Shown piece after piece: positions 55,220-64,000 of a stretch of 64,000 bases of DNA. The DNA comes from Terriglobia bacterium (lineage in GTDB: Bacteria; Acidobacteriota; Terriglobia; Terriglobales; Acidobacteriaceae), in contig CAVQDY010000015.1 in the NCBI GenBank assembly GCA_963711365.1, forward strand, positions 170,376-234,375. Reading direction: 5' to 3'. The position numbers were made by a program, and so were the translations under genes. Within the stretch, counting starts at the first letter, position 1. Every line of letters starts with the position of its first letter. Below the pieces are notes generated by a model. That model was given only the letters and a program-made list of their open reading frames with translations, searched no databases and was not told the DNA's origin.

Positions 55220-57085
55220 TCACTGGTGCAATTCGACGGAGAGCAGCCGCGGCGTCTGAGACTTATCCGCGGACTCCTGGTACTCGAGCTTTGCCAGCCT
55301 TCCCGAAAGTTGAGTGCAGGGGTTGAGGTCACCCTTTGGTTGAAAGCCGAGAGTGCTGAACTCAATTCTGTAATAGTTGTCGGAGTGCATCTTCACGGTT
55401 TGCGCCATCGTCTTCACGGCCAAGTCTATGTTGGAGGCGTCGCAATGCACATCCTGAATTACACCCGTGACAAAACGATGAGGACCGCTGGCGACGAAAT
55501 CTCGATGCGCAAGGCGCGGCGGACTGGGCATGTCAGCCGAACTGCTCGAACTTGCCGGCTCGTCTTCTGAGAGTTGGTCTTCTTCGCTGGGGCGGCTTTG
55601 TCGTTCGGCGGCAGCGGCCTGGGCGTTGGATGAGTCCTCTGCGTGAATGAGTGCTTGCGTGACGAATTCGTTCTCCTGCGGAGTCTTCGCCAGCTTTGCC
55701 GCGTTACGCAATACTTCTGCCGCATCCTTGCCTTGTCCCATTTGCATGAGGATGAGGGCGACATTGACGCGGTAGCCCACATTGCCGGGCTCCAAACCAA
55801 CCGCAGTCAATTCCAACATATGCGCCTCATCGAGATTGCGTTGCTGACGGCCGAGGAGGACGGCCAACCGATCGAACGATGGCGCGAAAGACGGATTGAG
55901 CTTGATGGCCTGTCGCAGGCTGTTTTCGACCTGCGCGCTGGCAGAGGCGTCAAGAGAATCTTGCATGGACATCACAGCAAAATAGTAGTGCGCCAGATAA
56001 CTTTGGGAGTCGAGCCCAACCGCCTCTGCGTAGTATTTCTTGGCTTCCTCTCGATGGCCCTGCTGGAACTCGAGGAATCCCATAGTTTCGTGTGCCGACA
56101 CATTCTTGGGATCTTCCTGCAAAACGTGATCGAGGAGAGTGCGTGCGTCCTCGGTACGGCGGTTGTAGGCGAGGAAATCGGCGCGCAGCGCATCGGCCTG
56201 CGGCGCAGTAAGCGGTTCGAGCTTGAAAGTGGAGGGATCCAGATCAGTTGAAACCTTCTTTTTGAAAAAGGTGAAGCTCATTCGTTGAACGTAGCCGTCG
56301 AGTTCTGCCTGTAATTTCTTTAAGTCTCCGAACGCAGTCGCTGCGGCGGTCAGAGGGTCGGTGCCGCTGGAAAGCAAGTCGCCATACTGCTGCAGCCGAT
56401 GGCCCTTGTCGGCATAGTCCTGCACCGTGAGATAGTGGGTGAGCGCCCAGGACTCGGCGTAGAAGACCGACCCTTTGTTCTCCTCGTGGTAGTAAGGTGA
56501 TTTGAAATCTACGGCGAAGAGCGTGGGGAGGGGCAGCAAACGGTTCTGGCGCAAGAACCGGATATCCTCGACACTGGGTTGTCCCAGCCGGGCGTCGCTC
56601 TCATCGATGTCGGTGTTCTGGTAGAACTCGGCGAGCCCCTCATTCAGCCATAGCGGCATCCAATCCGCTTTCGACAAAAGCAGGTGCGTGTACTCGTGGT
56701 AGATCACTGCGTAAGGATGCTCGCCTTCGGCCTCAAGGCGCATCAGGACATAATTCTTGTCCGGGCCACGCAAAAATAATCCTCCGAGTCTCAGGGAACC
56801 TTTCGCGAGATATTCCTGCGGCTCCAAAGCGCGGAAGTCCTTGTCGTCTTTCACAGCCAGGACGATGATCGGCGAACTCGGATCAATCTGCAGCTTCGGA
56901 AATAGCGCGTGAAACAGCACCCGCATGCGTTCGAATTGATCGGCAATTTTGCGCGCCTGTTTTTCGTTGGAATTGGTGGCGATCACAAAATGCGGACTGC
57001 GCACTTCGATCCAGTTCTCGGGTTTGTCCTTAGCGGAGGCGAGTGTGGTCGCAAGCAGCAGAAGCAAACTAAGTTTCTTCGACAT
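55220..57085 (-). CDS. Secreted peptidase-MA-like (HEYTH...NEGLAEF) protein with TPR repeats
   Basis: 621 aa with a signal peptide, the zinc-metallopeptidase-like motifs HEYTH and EGLAE, a central TPR region and an unknown C-terminal domain. Confidence 0.7.
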   Translation of the reverse strand: MSKKLSLLLLLATTLASAKDKPENWIEVRSPHFVIATNSNEKQARKIADQFERMRVLFHALFPKLQIDPSSPIIVLAVKDDKDFRALEPQEYLAKGSLRLGGLFLRGPDKNYVLMRLEAEGEHPYAVIYHEYTHLLLSKADWMPLWLNEGLAEFYQNTDIDESDARLGQPSVEDIRFLRQNRLLPLPTLFAVDFKSPYYHEENKGSVFYAESWALTHYLTVQDYADKGHRLQQYGDLLSSGTDPLTAAATAFGDLKKLQAELDGYVQRMSFTFFKKKVSTDLDPSTFKLEPLTAPQADALRADFLAYNRRTEDARTLLDHVLQEDPKNVSAHETMGFLEFQQGHREEAKKYYAEAVGLDSQSYLAHYYFAVMSMQDSLDASASAQVENSLRQAIKLNPSFAPSFDRLAVLLGRQQRNLDEAHMLELTAVGLEPGNVGYRVNVALILMQMGQGKDAAEVLRNAAKLAKTPQENEFVTQALIHAEDSSNAQAAAAERQSRPSEEDQLSEDEPASSSSSADMPSPPRLAHRDFVASGPHRFVTGVIQDVHCDASNIDLAVKTMAQTVKMHSDNYYRIEFSTLGFQPKGDLNPCTQLSGRLAKLEYQESADKSQTPRLLSVELHQ

Positions 57086-57169
57086 AGGCGCAGTCGGCGC
57101 GGGTGGGAGCCCGCTGAATTGGGACGAGGCATTATAAAGCCGGATTGCTTGGCGAACACGCGTTTTCGA

Positions 57170-58207
57170 TTACTGGGGGGGTGGATCTGTCTGTGGCATG
57201 TCCTTGACCTCGCCCATGCCGACGATCTTGGTCGATGTGCGGAACTTCTTGTAATCGGAGTAGGTCTGTTCCCCGTCCAAGTTATAGCCCTTGAGCAGGG
57301 CGACTCGCGCATTCAACTTGAAATCGACCTGCTTGGGAAGCCAGACTTCGTCGTTGATGCGGGTTTGTTCGAAGATGACGCGCGTTCCTTTGTGGATTCG
57401 CGCCAGAAACAACCCGATCGAAACGGTATCGAGCGTCTCCACGTCCATTTTTGATAATTGCAGATCGCTTTTGTCGATCCAGACGCGTCCATGAAACTTG
57501 GAGAGGAACTTGGCTTCTTTCATGTGGGGCTCGAAGCCGGGACGCGGTTCGCCGTCGATGACCCAGGCTTCGCGGCCGTCCACCATTTCGCTGCCGACCA
57601 GCTTGAAGTTGTAGGCGTCGGCAACTTCTTTCACGAATTTGCGACCATCCTCGCGCCCTTTCTCTTCTTTTGCTTCCCGCTTTTTGCGCTCTTCGTCGGA
57701 CTCGTTCTTCCGCTTGTCGATGATCTTCTGAATCTTCTCGTCTTCCTTTGCGTCCTCTTTGGCATCAAGCGGCTTGTCGTCTTTCTTGATCAGCCGCTGC
57801 ACCTGCTCACCATCGATCTCGAGAATCTCGTAGGTCTTGATTTCTGTGGACTTCAGCTCGCCTTTGCCGTCCAGATTCTTTTGCACTTCGCGCATGATGT
57901 ATGTGTAATCCCGCTGACGTTTGTCATTCTCGAGGTCCTTATCGGCGACAACACGAAACAATTGCTGCATCTGTTCCTGGGAAAGTTTGCCGTCGGGCCC
58001 CGGCACGAGATTGGGAATGGCGGAAGGCGTCGGCACTTCCGTCGAGGATTCCGGACTTTGCGCCGGAGAAACGCTGCTCTCCGACGCTGGACTTGATGGT
58101 GTTGCCGCGGGCGCTTCCTGCTGCGTTGCCGGCGCAGTCTCATGCTGCGCGACGGCGGACCAACCGGCGAGCACACAGAGAGCGAGGGCGAGTAGTCGAA
58201 TCCCCAT
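57170..58207 (-). CDS. Secreted LolA-like (outer-membrane lipoprotein-sorting-like) protein with acidic/basic helical linker
   Basis: 345 aa with a signal peptide. The C-terminal region (GREAWVIDGEPRPG...GRVWIDKSDLQLSKMDVE...) resembles the LolA_like family. Confidence 0.6.
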   Translation of the reverse strand: MGIRLLALALCVLAGWSAVAQHETAPATQQEAPAATPSSPASESSVSPAQSPESSTEVPTPSAIPNLVPGPDGKLSQEQMQQLFRVVADKDLENDKRQRDYTYIMREVQKNLDGKGELKSTEIKTYEILEIDGEQVQRLIKKDDKPLDAKEDAKEDEKIQKIIDKRKNESDEERKKREAKEEKGREDGRKFVKEVADAYNFKLVGSEMVDGREAWVIDGEPRPGFEPHMKEAKFLSKFHGRVWIDKSDLQLSKMDVETLDTVSIGLFLARIHKGTRVIFEQTRINDEVWLPKQVDFKLNARVALLKGYNLDGEQTYSDYKKFRTSTKIVGMGEVKDMPQTDPPPQ

Positions 58208-58326
58208 ATGACATCCTAACCCTGGTAAAGACGACTGGACTCGCTGGAAATGTCAGGGATAGGTAAATTTATTGGGCGAGCAGCGGCAAGCCCGCGAGGC
58301 GGGAATGAGCGTCCCGCCTTCGGTGT

Positions 58327-58692
58327 CTATGGGCGGCTGGAGGCCTGTTCTACTGCGAGCTGGCGGCAAGCGCGGCCGATCACATCCTGCGCGGAGCTAG
58401 CTTCCACGAACTGAAAGCCGTAGCGGAAGGCGATGCGCTGGCGAACGAGCGCATGTACCTCTACATCCCCTGTGGGCAGTGAGAATTCCAGGCGAACCAC
58501 TTCTCCCATAGGAACTTCCACGCGCAACATGGCGGAGACGCCAGATTCGCTGATATCCACTGTATGTCCGCGCACCACGGTGGAATTGCGAGGATAGATG
58601 CAAATGTCTTTCTCTAAGAGAAAGCGAGGATAACGACGTGCTTCCACAAAACCCCGAAGTGAATCCGCTTCAAATCGATTTTCAAGTTCCAT
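58327..58692 (-). CDS. PilZ-domain protein
   Basis: From ATG 58692 the sequence has RRYPRF (RxxxR-like) and DISESGVS (DxSxxG), the canonical c-di-GMP binding motifs. Confidence 0.75.
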   Translation of the reverse strand: MELENRFEADSLRGFVEARRYPRFLLEKDICIYPRNSTVVRGHTVDISESGVSAMLRVEVPMGEVVRLEFSLPTGDVEVHALVRQRIAFRYGFQFVEASSAQDVIGRACRQLAVEQASSRP

Positions 58693-58828
58693 GCGACACC
58701 CTCTGGGTCGTTTTCGGCGACAGGGCTCGCCATTGCGATCGCCGACGAACTGCGAAAGCAAGTGCACTGGCCCTTACCCATGATCGGCAAAGGCTATTGG
58801 AACTTGAATGACCGCTAATCCGTGTACC

Positions 58829-59449
58829 CTAATCCCTTACTTTGTGCGCTTTTCCCAGGCATTCCGCCTGGAAGAGCCGTTCGTCTACCCGATGCAACCG
58901 CTTTTCCTGCTTTCTGGTCAGCAGGGAATAATGCTTGATATCGAACAGATGATAGACGATAAACCAAACGGGATTGTCAGTTGTCATCCAGTTCTGCGAA
59001 TCAAAGCGCTTCAGGTTGACCGGCCGCGAGTAACGGCGCAGGGTGCGCTCGCGCCGCAGATTGAAATAGGCATTGAAATAGCTGAGCGCAAGTTCGCGCA
59101 GACTGCGATAGACGGGCTCGCGCCACCGGCATCCGGAATAGTTTGACTTGGCGACTGCGCCCCAGCAGCCGTCCTGCTGGAATACGGCGATGACGTGATC
59201 GGTATCGTGTTCGGCCTCGAAGTCGAGGATGAGCGGCGGATATCCATTGGCCCGCAGCGCGGCCGCGCCGAAGATGGCTCCTTCCAGGCAATGCGACGAT
59301 TCTTCCGCCAGCACTTGGCGCGGAGACCACGCGGTGTCTTCAAGGTGATACGGCATTTCGTCGAGAAACTTCTGAATGCCGTAGGGATTCTTCATGCTGC
59401 GCAGCTTCCGCAGTTCTTTTGGAGTGAATCCGGAGTTGTCAGTTGTCAT
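58829..59449 (-). CDS. Conserved hypothetical protein, possible papain/C39-like cysteine peptidase fold
   Basis: 206 aa. A candidate Cys (SSHCLEGAIFGAA) and His (DTDHVIAVF) are arranged as in C39-like peptidases. The functional call is weak. Confidence 0.55.
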   Translation of the reverse strand: MTTDNSGFTPKELRKLRSMKNPYGIQKFLDEMPYHLEDTAWSPRQVLAEESSHCLEGAIFGAAALRANGYPPLILDFEAEHDTDHVIAVFQQDGCWGAVAKSNYSGCRWREPVYRSLRELALSYFNAYFNLRRERTLRRYSRPVNLKRFDSQNWMTTDNPVWFIVYHLFDIKHYSLLTRKQEKRLHRVDERLFQAECLGKAHKVRD

Positions 59450-59463
59450 GTCTTTCGTGGGTC

Positions 59464-60165
59464 TCAGACCTGGGACAGAAAAACTTTACTCAATTCCTGC
59501 GGCGAGTCGACAGTAATGTCCGGCGTTTCCACTTCGAGCGTGTGCGGAGCGAATCCGTAGGTCACTGCGACGGTCCACAATCCGGCGTTTTGACCCGTAC
59601 GAACGTCGACATTTGAATCGCCCACAATAGCGGATTGCTCGGGACGCACGCCCGCTTCGGCCACCAACTTCAAAGCACCCTCCGGGTCAGGCTTCTTGGT
59701 GGGGAAACTGTTCCCGCCGTAAATCTGTCTGAAGTATCCTGCCAGTCCCAGCGCATCGACGATCGCGCGCGAGGGAATGACTGGTTTATTGGTGAGTATC
59801 GCCATCTTGCGCGGAACGCCGTTGTCCGATTTCTGAATCGCCGCGAGCGCCTCGCGAACGCCCTCATAAACCGTGGTGTGATCCAGTTTGTGCTCGCGAT
59901 AGTAAGAAAGGAAGAACTCGAGTCCTTTGCGGACGAGGGCTTCGTCGACGGCCTCTCCGCCCAGCGCCCGTTGGATCAGGATCGGGGCGCCGTCGCCCAC
60001 GTAGCTGGCAATGACGTCTTCCGGCAGTTCGGGGCGACGAATGTGGCGCAAGGCCGCGTTGACCGAGTGCACCAGGTCGAGCCGCGAATCGATGAGGGTT
60101 CCGTCGAGATCGAAGATTACGAACTGGATCGAGTGCGGATCAAACGCGCGCCGGGTATGAATCAT
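59464..60165 (-). CDS. HAD-superfamily phosphatase (phosphoglycolate phosphatase-like)
   Basis: 233 aa with motif I FDLDGTLIDS, TNK and GDSNVD. Confidence 0.85.
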   Translation of the reverse strand: MIHTRRAFDPHSIQFVIFDLDGTLIDSRLDLVHSVNAALRHIRRPELPEDVIASYVGDGAPILIQRALGGEAVDEALVRKGLEFFLSYYREHKLDHTTVYEGVREALAAIQKSDNGVPRKMAILTNKPVIPSRAIVDALGLAGYFRQIYGGNSFPTKKPDPEGALKLVAEAGVRPEQSAIVGDSNVDVRTGQNAGLWTVAVTYGFAPHTLEVETPDITVDSPQELSKVFLSQV

Positions 60166-60245
60166 GAATCTTTAAGAATAAAGCAGCTGGGCCCTACCAG
60201 TCATGCTTAGGGTGGCAGAGGAGTATAGCGATCTGCTGAACCCTG

Positions 60246-60281
60246 CGAAAAACCGATCCCCGGCGACTGCGGCCGCCGGGG
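60246..60281 (-). terminator. Strong intrinsic terminator upstream of the HAD gene, with no minus-strand gene upstream of it
   Basis: The minus strand reads CCCCGGCG-gccgcagt-CGCCGGGG followed by ATCGGTTTTTCG. It lies 83 nt upstream of the HAD ATG, inside the E1/HAD divergent spacer. Confidence 0.55.
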
Positions 60282-60559
60282 TGGTGAGCACGCTCTTTCC
60301 AAAGAAGAGAAACGGCTCGTGAGGCGGCAGTATACGTAGCAGTGCCACCGCTTACGGTGATCCGCATCACACCTAATGCGCCTGAGACTCTGGGTGAATC
60401 TGGTCACATGGTCGGACCGCCCTCCGCCATTCCGACACTCAATTTTCCTTCGCTTTTCCAACCTCGCGTGAACATATACAATCCAACAGGTTCATCCTTC
60501 GCTGGGCTGGAATCGGCGGGGGGTGGGTGGGAATCTAACCAGCAGGAACGCGAATCGGA

Positions 60560-62773
60560 ATGGCCACGACAAAGACGGATCCCAAGCTGGCCCTGGCGGC
60601 CAATGGCAAGCAGAAGTCCAAGCTTTATGAGGGACTTACGCGTGAACAGCTCATCCAAGCCTACCGCCTGATGTATACCTCCCGGCGCATCGATGACCGG
60701 GAGATCCTGCTGAAGCGGCAGCAAAAGATTTTCTTCCAGATGTCAGGCGCCGGCCATGAAGCGATCGGCGTAGCTGCGGGTTTGGCGTTGAAATCCGGCT
60801 ATGACTGGTTTTACCCCTATTATCGCGATCGCGCTCTGTGCCTGGCTCTGGGCGTGGAACCTTATCAAATGTTCCTGCAGGGCGTTGGAGCGGCCGATGA
60901 TCCCAGTTCGGGCGGACGGCAGATGCCCTCGCATTGGAGCTATCCGGCGTTGCATATTGTGACCCAGTCCTCTCCGACCGGATCGCAGATTCTGCAGGCT
61001 GTGGGTTGCTCGGAAGCCGGACGTTATTTGTCGCGTCATCCGAAGGCGGGCGAAGTTCCAGCCGAGAGCGGCGACTATCGCCAGTTCAAAGAAGTCAGCT
61101 TCCAGAACGATGAACTGACTTACGTGTCGCTCGGCGATGGAACGTCGAGCGAGGGCGAATTCTGGGAAGCGATGAACGCCGCCGCGTTGGGTAAGCTGCC
61201 GGTAATCTTCTGCGTGGAAGATAACGGCTACGCGATTTCTGTGCCCGTCGAAGTGCAGACTGCCGGGGGTAGCATCTCGCGGCTGGTTTCGGGATTCCCC
61301 AATTTCCATTTCGAAGAAGTCGACGGCACCGATCCCGTAGCGAGTTACGGCGCTTTCCGTCGCGCTGCGAAATACTGTCGGGATGGGCTCGGTCCGGCGT
61401 TTGTGCACGCGCACGTGATTCGTCCGTACTCGCACTCGTTGTCGGATGACGAGCGGCTGTATCGTCCAGACTCAGAGCGCGAGCGCGATGCGCAGCGCGA
61501 TCCCGTGACACGCACGCAGATGTACCTGCTGCGCGAAGGAATTCTGGACGACAAGGGAATTAATCAGCTGGAGAAAGAAGTTGAAGCGGAGTTGCAGGTC
61601 GCGGTCGATCGCGCTCTGGAAGCGCTGCCTCCCGCGCCGGAATCGGTGATGAATTATTTGTATTCGCCGGAGATTGATCCAACGTCTTCGGCATTCGAGA
61701 CTCAGCCCGTGGCGGAAGTCCTTTCAGAAGGGAAAAAGCCTGCCGCAAAGACCATGGCCGACCTGATCAATGCCACCCTGCGCGATGAAATGAAACGCGA
61801 CGAGCGCATCGTGATCTTCGGCGAAGACGTGGCCGATTGCAGCCGCGAAGAATATCTGAAACAGAAGCTGGTAAAAGGCAAGGGGGGCGTCTTCAAGCTC
61901 ACCTTTGGCCTGCAAAACGAATTCGGCAATGATCGCGTGTTTAACTCGCCATTGGCAGAGGCCGCAATTGTCGGCCGCGCTACGGGCATGTCAACGCGTG
62001 GGCTGAAGCCAGTGGTCGAGATCCAGTTCTTCGATTACATCTGGCCGGCGATGATGCAGATTCGAGACGAGCTCAGCACCATCCGCTGGCGCTCGAACAA
62101 CGGATTCTCCTGCCCGGTTGTGATTCGCGTCGCCATTGGCGGCTATCTGACTGGTGGCGCAATTTATCACTCGCAATGCGGCGAGAGCATATTCACCCAC
62201 ATCCCTGGACTGCGCGTTGTGTTTCCGTCGAATTCGCTCGATGCCGCTGGACTATTGCGTACGGCCATCCGTTGTGACGATCCGGTTCTGTTCCTCGAGC
62301 ACAAGCGACTCTACCGCGAGTCTTATGGACGCTCTTCGTATCCGGGACCGGATTACATGATTCCGTTCGGCAAAGCGAGGATCGTGCAGCCAGGAACGGA
62401 TTTGACAGTCATTACGTATGGAGCAGTGGTTCCACGTGCGTTGCAAGCCGCACAGAAGCTGGAGCGCGAGCAAGGCGTGAAGGTCGAGATCATCGATCTG
62501 CGCAGCCTGAATCCGTTTGACTGGGAGACCATTGCCGCATCCGTCTCCAAGACCAATCGCGCTCTGGTCGCATATGAAGACACACTCAGCTGGGGTTACG
62601 GCGCCGAAATCGCCGCCCGCATCGCGGACCAGCTTTTCGATCAGCTCGATGCGCCCGTGCGGCGCGTAGCTGCCAAGGATACGTTCGTGGCGTACCAGCC
62701 GATCCTGGAAGACGCGATTCTGCCGCAGCCCAACGATCTCTATCTGGCGATGAAGGATCTGGCGAAGTACTGA
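60560..62773 (+). CDS. Fused 2-oxoacid dehydrogenase E1 component (alpha + beta, TPP-dependent)
   Basis: 737 aa. The N-half is E1-alpha-like with a TPP-binding region ([17 protein letters not shown]). The C-half is transketolase-pyrimidine/E1-beta-like ([13 protein letters not shown]...). Confidence 0.9.
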   Translation: MATTKTDPKLALAANGKQKSKLYEGLTREQLIQAYRLMYTSRRIDDREILLKRQQKIFFQMSGAGHEAIGVAAGLALKSGYDWFYPYYRDRALCLALGVEPYQMFLQGVGAADDPSSGGRQMPSHWSYPALHIVTQSSPTGSQILQAVGCSEAGRYLSRHPKAGEVPAESGDYRQFKEVSFQNDELTYVSLGDGTSSEGEFWEAMNAAALGKLPVIFCVEDNGYAISVPVEVQTAGGSISRLVSGFPNFHFEEVDGTDPVASYGAFRRAAKYCRDGLGPAFVHAHVIRPYSHSLSDDERLYRPDSERERDAQRDPVTRTQMYLLREGILDDKGINQLEKEVEAELQVAVDRALEALPPAPESVMNYLYSPEIDPTSSAFETQPVAEVLSEGKKPAAKTMADLINATLRDEMKRDERIVIFGEDVADCSREEYLKQKLVKGKGGVFKLTFGLQNEFGNDRVFNSPLAEAAIVGRATGMSTRGLKPVVEIQFFDYIWPAMMQIRDELSTIRWRSNNGFSCPVVIRVAIGGYLTGGAIYHSQCGESIFTHIPGLRVVFPSNSLDAAGLLRTAIRCDDPVLFLEHKRLYRESYGRSSYPGPDYMIPFGKARIVQPGTDLTVITYGAVVPRALQAAQKLEREQGVKVEIIDLRSLNPFDWETIAASVSKTNRALVAYEDTLSWGYGAEIAARIADQLFDQLDAPVRRVAAKDTFVAYQPILEDAILPQPNDLYLAMKDLAKY

Positions 62774-62782
62774 AAAGCATCA

Positions 62783-62865
62783 GCCACGGATTCACAAGGA
62801 TCAACACAGATCATTCAATTGCTTTATCCGTGTTGATTGGCGTAAATCCGTGGCCGATTTGTTTC
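62783..62865. terminator. Long imperfect palindrome (CCACGGATT element) acting as a probable bidirectional terminator between E1 and aqpZ
   Basis: GCCACGGATT...ATCAACAC... pairs with ...GTGTTGAT...AATCCGTGGC. T-runs sit on both sides: TTTGTTTC on the plus strand and GCTTTTC on the minus strand. Confidence 0.6.
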
Positions 62866-63611
62866 TATACCGGTTGCGGGACGCGAGTTTCCTTCGATAA
62901 CGCAGCCTCGACCTTGCCTTTGCTCCCGAAGATCACGCTGTAAATACCTCCGCCGAGCGCCCCACCGATGAGCGGAGCGACCCAGAACATCCACAACTGC
63001 TGCAGGGCCCAGCCTCCGGCAAAAATTGCGGGGCCGGTGCTGCGCGCCGGGTTGACCGACGTATTCGTAATCGGAATGCAGACCAGGTGAATCAAGGTTA
63101 AGCAAAGACCGATGGCGATCGGTGCGAAGCCCTTCGGTGCGCGCTCGTCGGTCGCGCCCATGATCACGATCAGGAAGAATGCGGTCAGCACAACCTCAGC
63201 GACGAATCCGGAGAGCAGGGAGTATCCCCCGGGCGAATTCGCGCCGTAGCCGTTGGACGCGAAGCCCGCATGCGGATCGAAACTGGCGGTTCCGATCGCA
63301 ATGTAGTAGAGCACGCCCGCGGCCGCAATCGCACCCAAAACCTGGGCGATGACGTAGGCGGGCATATCCTTGGCAGGGAAGCGCTTGCCGACAACCAGGC
63401 CAAGAGTTACCGCCGGATTGAGATGGCCGCCGGAAATATGTCCAACGGCGTAGCACATGGTCAGTACGGTGAGTCCGAAAGCCAGAGCGACGCCGGCAAA
63501 GCCGATGCCGACCGCCGGAAAGCCGGCGGCTATCACGGCTGCACCGCACCCGCCGAAAACCAGCCAAAATGTTCCGAAGAATTCCGCTGCTGCACGCTTG
63601 CTCATGGGCAT
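62865..63611 (-). CDS. aqpZ: Aquaporin Z
   Basis: From ATG 63611 the sequence is [23 protein letters not shown]. It has two NPA motifs (HLNPAV, VNPAR) and six TM segments. Confidence 0.92.
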   Translation of the reverse strand: MPMSKRAAAEFFGTFWLVFGGCGAAVIAAGFPAVGIGFAGVALAFGLTVLTMCYAVGHISGGHLNPAVTLGLVVGKRFPAKDMPAYVIAQVLGAIAAAGVLYYIAIGTASFDPHAGFASNGYGANSPGGYSLLSGFVAEVVLTAFFLIVIMGATDERAPKGFAPIAIGLCLTLIHLVCIPITNTSVNPARSTGPAIFAGGWALQQLWMFWVAPLIGGALGGGIYSVIFGSKGKVEAALSKETRVPQPV

Positions 63612-63705
63612 AGCAACCTCCGTAGATTGTGATTTTGGAAAGTCGTTGTATTTCAGCTGAGTTGAGAGAGGGCCAAAGCGTAGCACAGCCCGCCGCGAAT
63701 CAGAA

Positions 63706-63887
63706 GCAGGGACCAGGGATCAGGGGTCAGGGGCTAGTGACTAGTGATCAGTTGTCAGTGACCAGTGATCAGTGTTGAGGCCTTTGAGCGGCGGACGAAA
63801 AATTGAAGAGGTCGTCAGAACCACCAACTGGCAACGACCCCTGACCCCCGACCCCTGACCCCTGACCCCTGACCCTCTGACCCCTGC
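63706..63887 (+). repeat. Composite heptad-periodic repeat: (NCAGGGR)4-(NNAGTGA)6 ... (CCCCTGA)7, arms complementary
   Basis: 63706-63775 reads GCAGGGA CCAGGGA TCAGGGG TCAGGGG CTAGTGA CTAGTGA TCAGTTG TCAGTGA CCAGTGA TCAGTGT. 63838-63887 reads CCCCTGA CCCCCGA CCCCTGA x3 CCCTCTGA CCCCTGC. Confidence 0.8.
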
Positions 63888-64000
63888 TTTTCGCAGTTAC
63901 GATCGCTTTCCCCGCAACCGGATCCCAATTGTCCGTTCTGTCGAGGAATGCTAGGCTGCGAAGAAGTGGGTTCCAGCGTCACCAATCCGTTGAAATCAGG

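Noticed and set aside
60207-60461. An 84-aa minus-strand ORF in the E1/HAD spacer.
   Set aside because: It reads straight through a strong terminator hairpin, is Arg/Cys-rich and has no SD. The region is better treated as non-coding RNA or leader.

Overview
This looks like a chromosomal window from an Acidobacteriota (Terriglobia-type) genome, at roughly 58-60% GC by eye. The lineage call is an inference from gene content: two CarboxypepD_reg-type TonB-dependent receptors, a PadR plus duplicated FtsX/MacB 'ADOP' permease pair, a fused E1 alpha/beta 2-oxoacid dehydrogenase, and several families of short intergenic repeats.

Housekeeping content:
- an icd-like dehydrogenase, nrdR, metH, an orphan nuoI, an S1/P1-like nuclease, a UbiD-family decarboxylase and rmuC
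- uvrB, which is frameshifted
- a giant GAF/PAS histidine kinase-REC-NtrC operon, divergent from a complete chemotaxis operon (TonB_C protein, MCP, cheW-R-A-B-Y-X)
- an amidase, DUF72, GH16, a broken GH2, a HAD phosphatase and aqpZ

Accessory or odd content:
- A toxin-antitoxin islet sits directly after uvrB. It holds an atypically long PIN-like gene coupled to the uvrB stop codon, a PIN remnant with a Phd antitoxin, and a vapC carrying five indels next to an intact antitoxin.
- A four-gene signalling operon encodes a PilZ-like barrel, an unknown protein with a KPAA tail, a pseudo-receiver/HisKA-only protein, and a CheR-like methyltransferase with (Gly-Asn)n inserts.
- A decayed IS5 transposase lies next to a HEPN gene whose overlapping partner I cannot identify.
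- At least five loci carry heptanucleotide-periodic (STRR-like) repeats.
- Two intrinsic terminators have no gene upstream to terminate.
- Several genes are inactivated only by 1-nt indels.

I saw no rRNA, tRNA or CRISPR array. All functional calls come from reading the translated ORFs; no database search was run.
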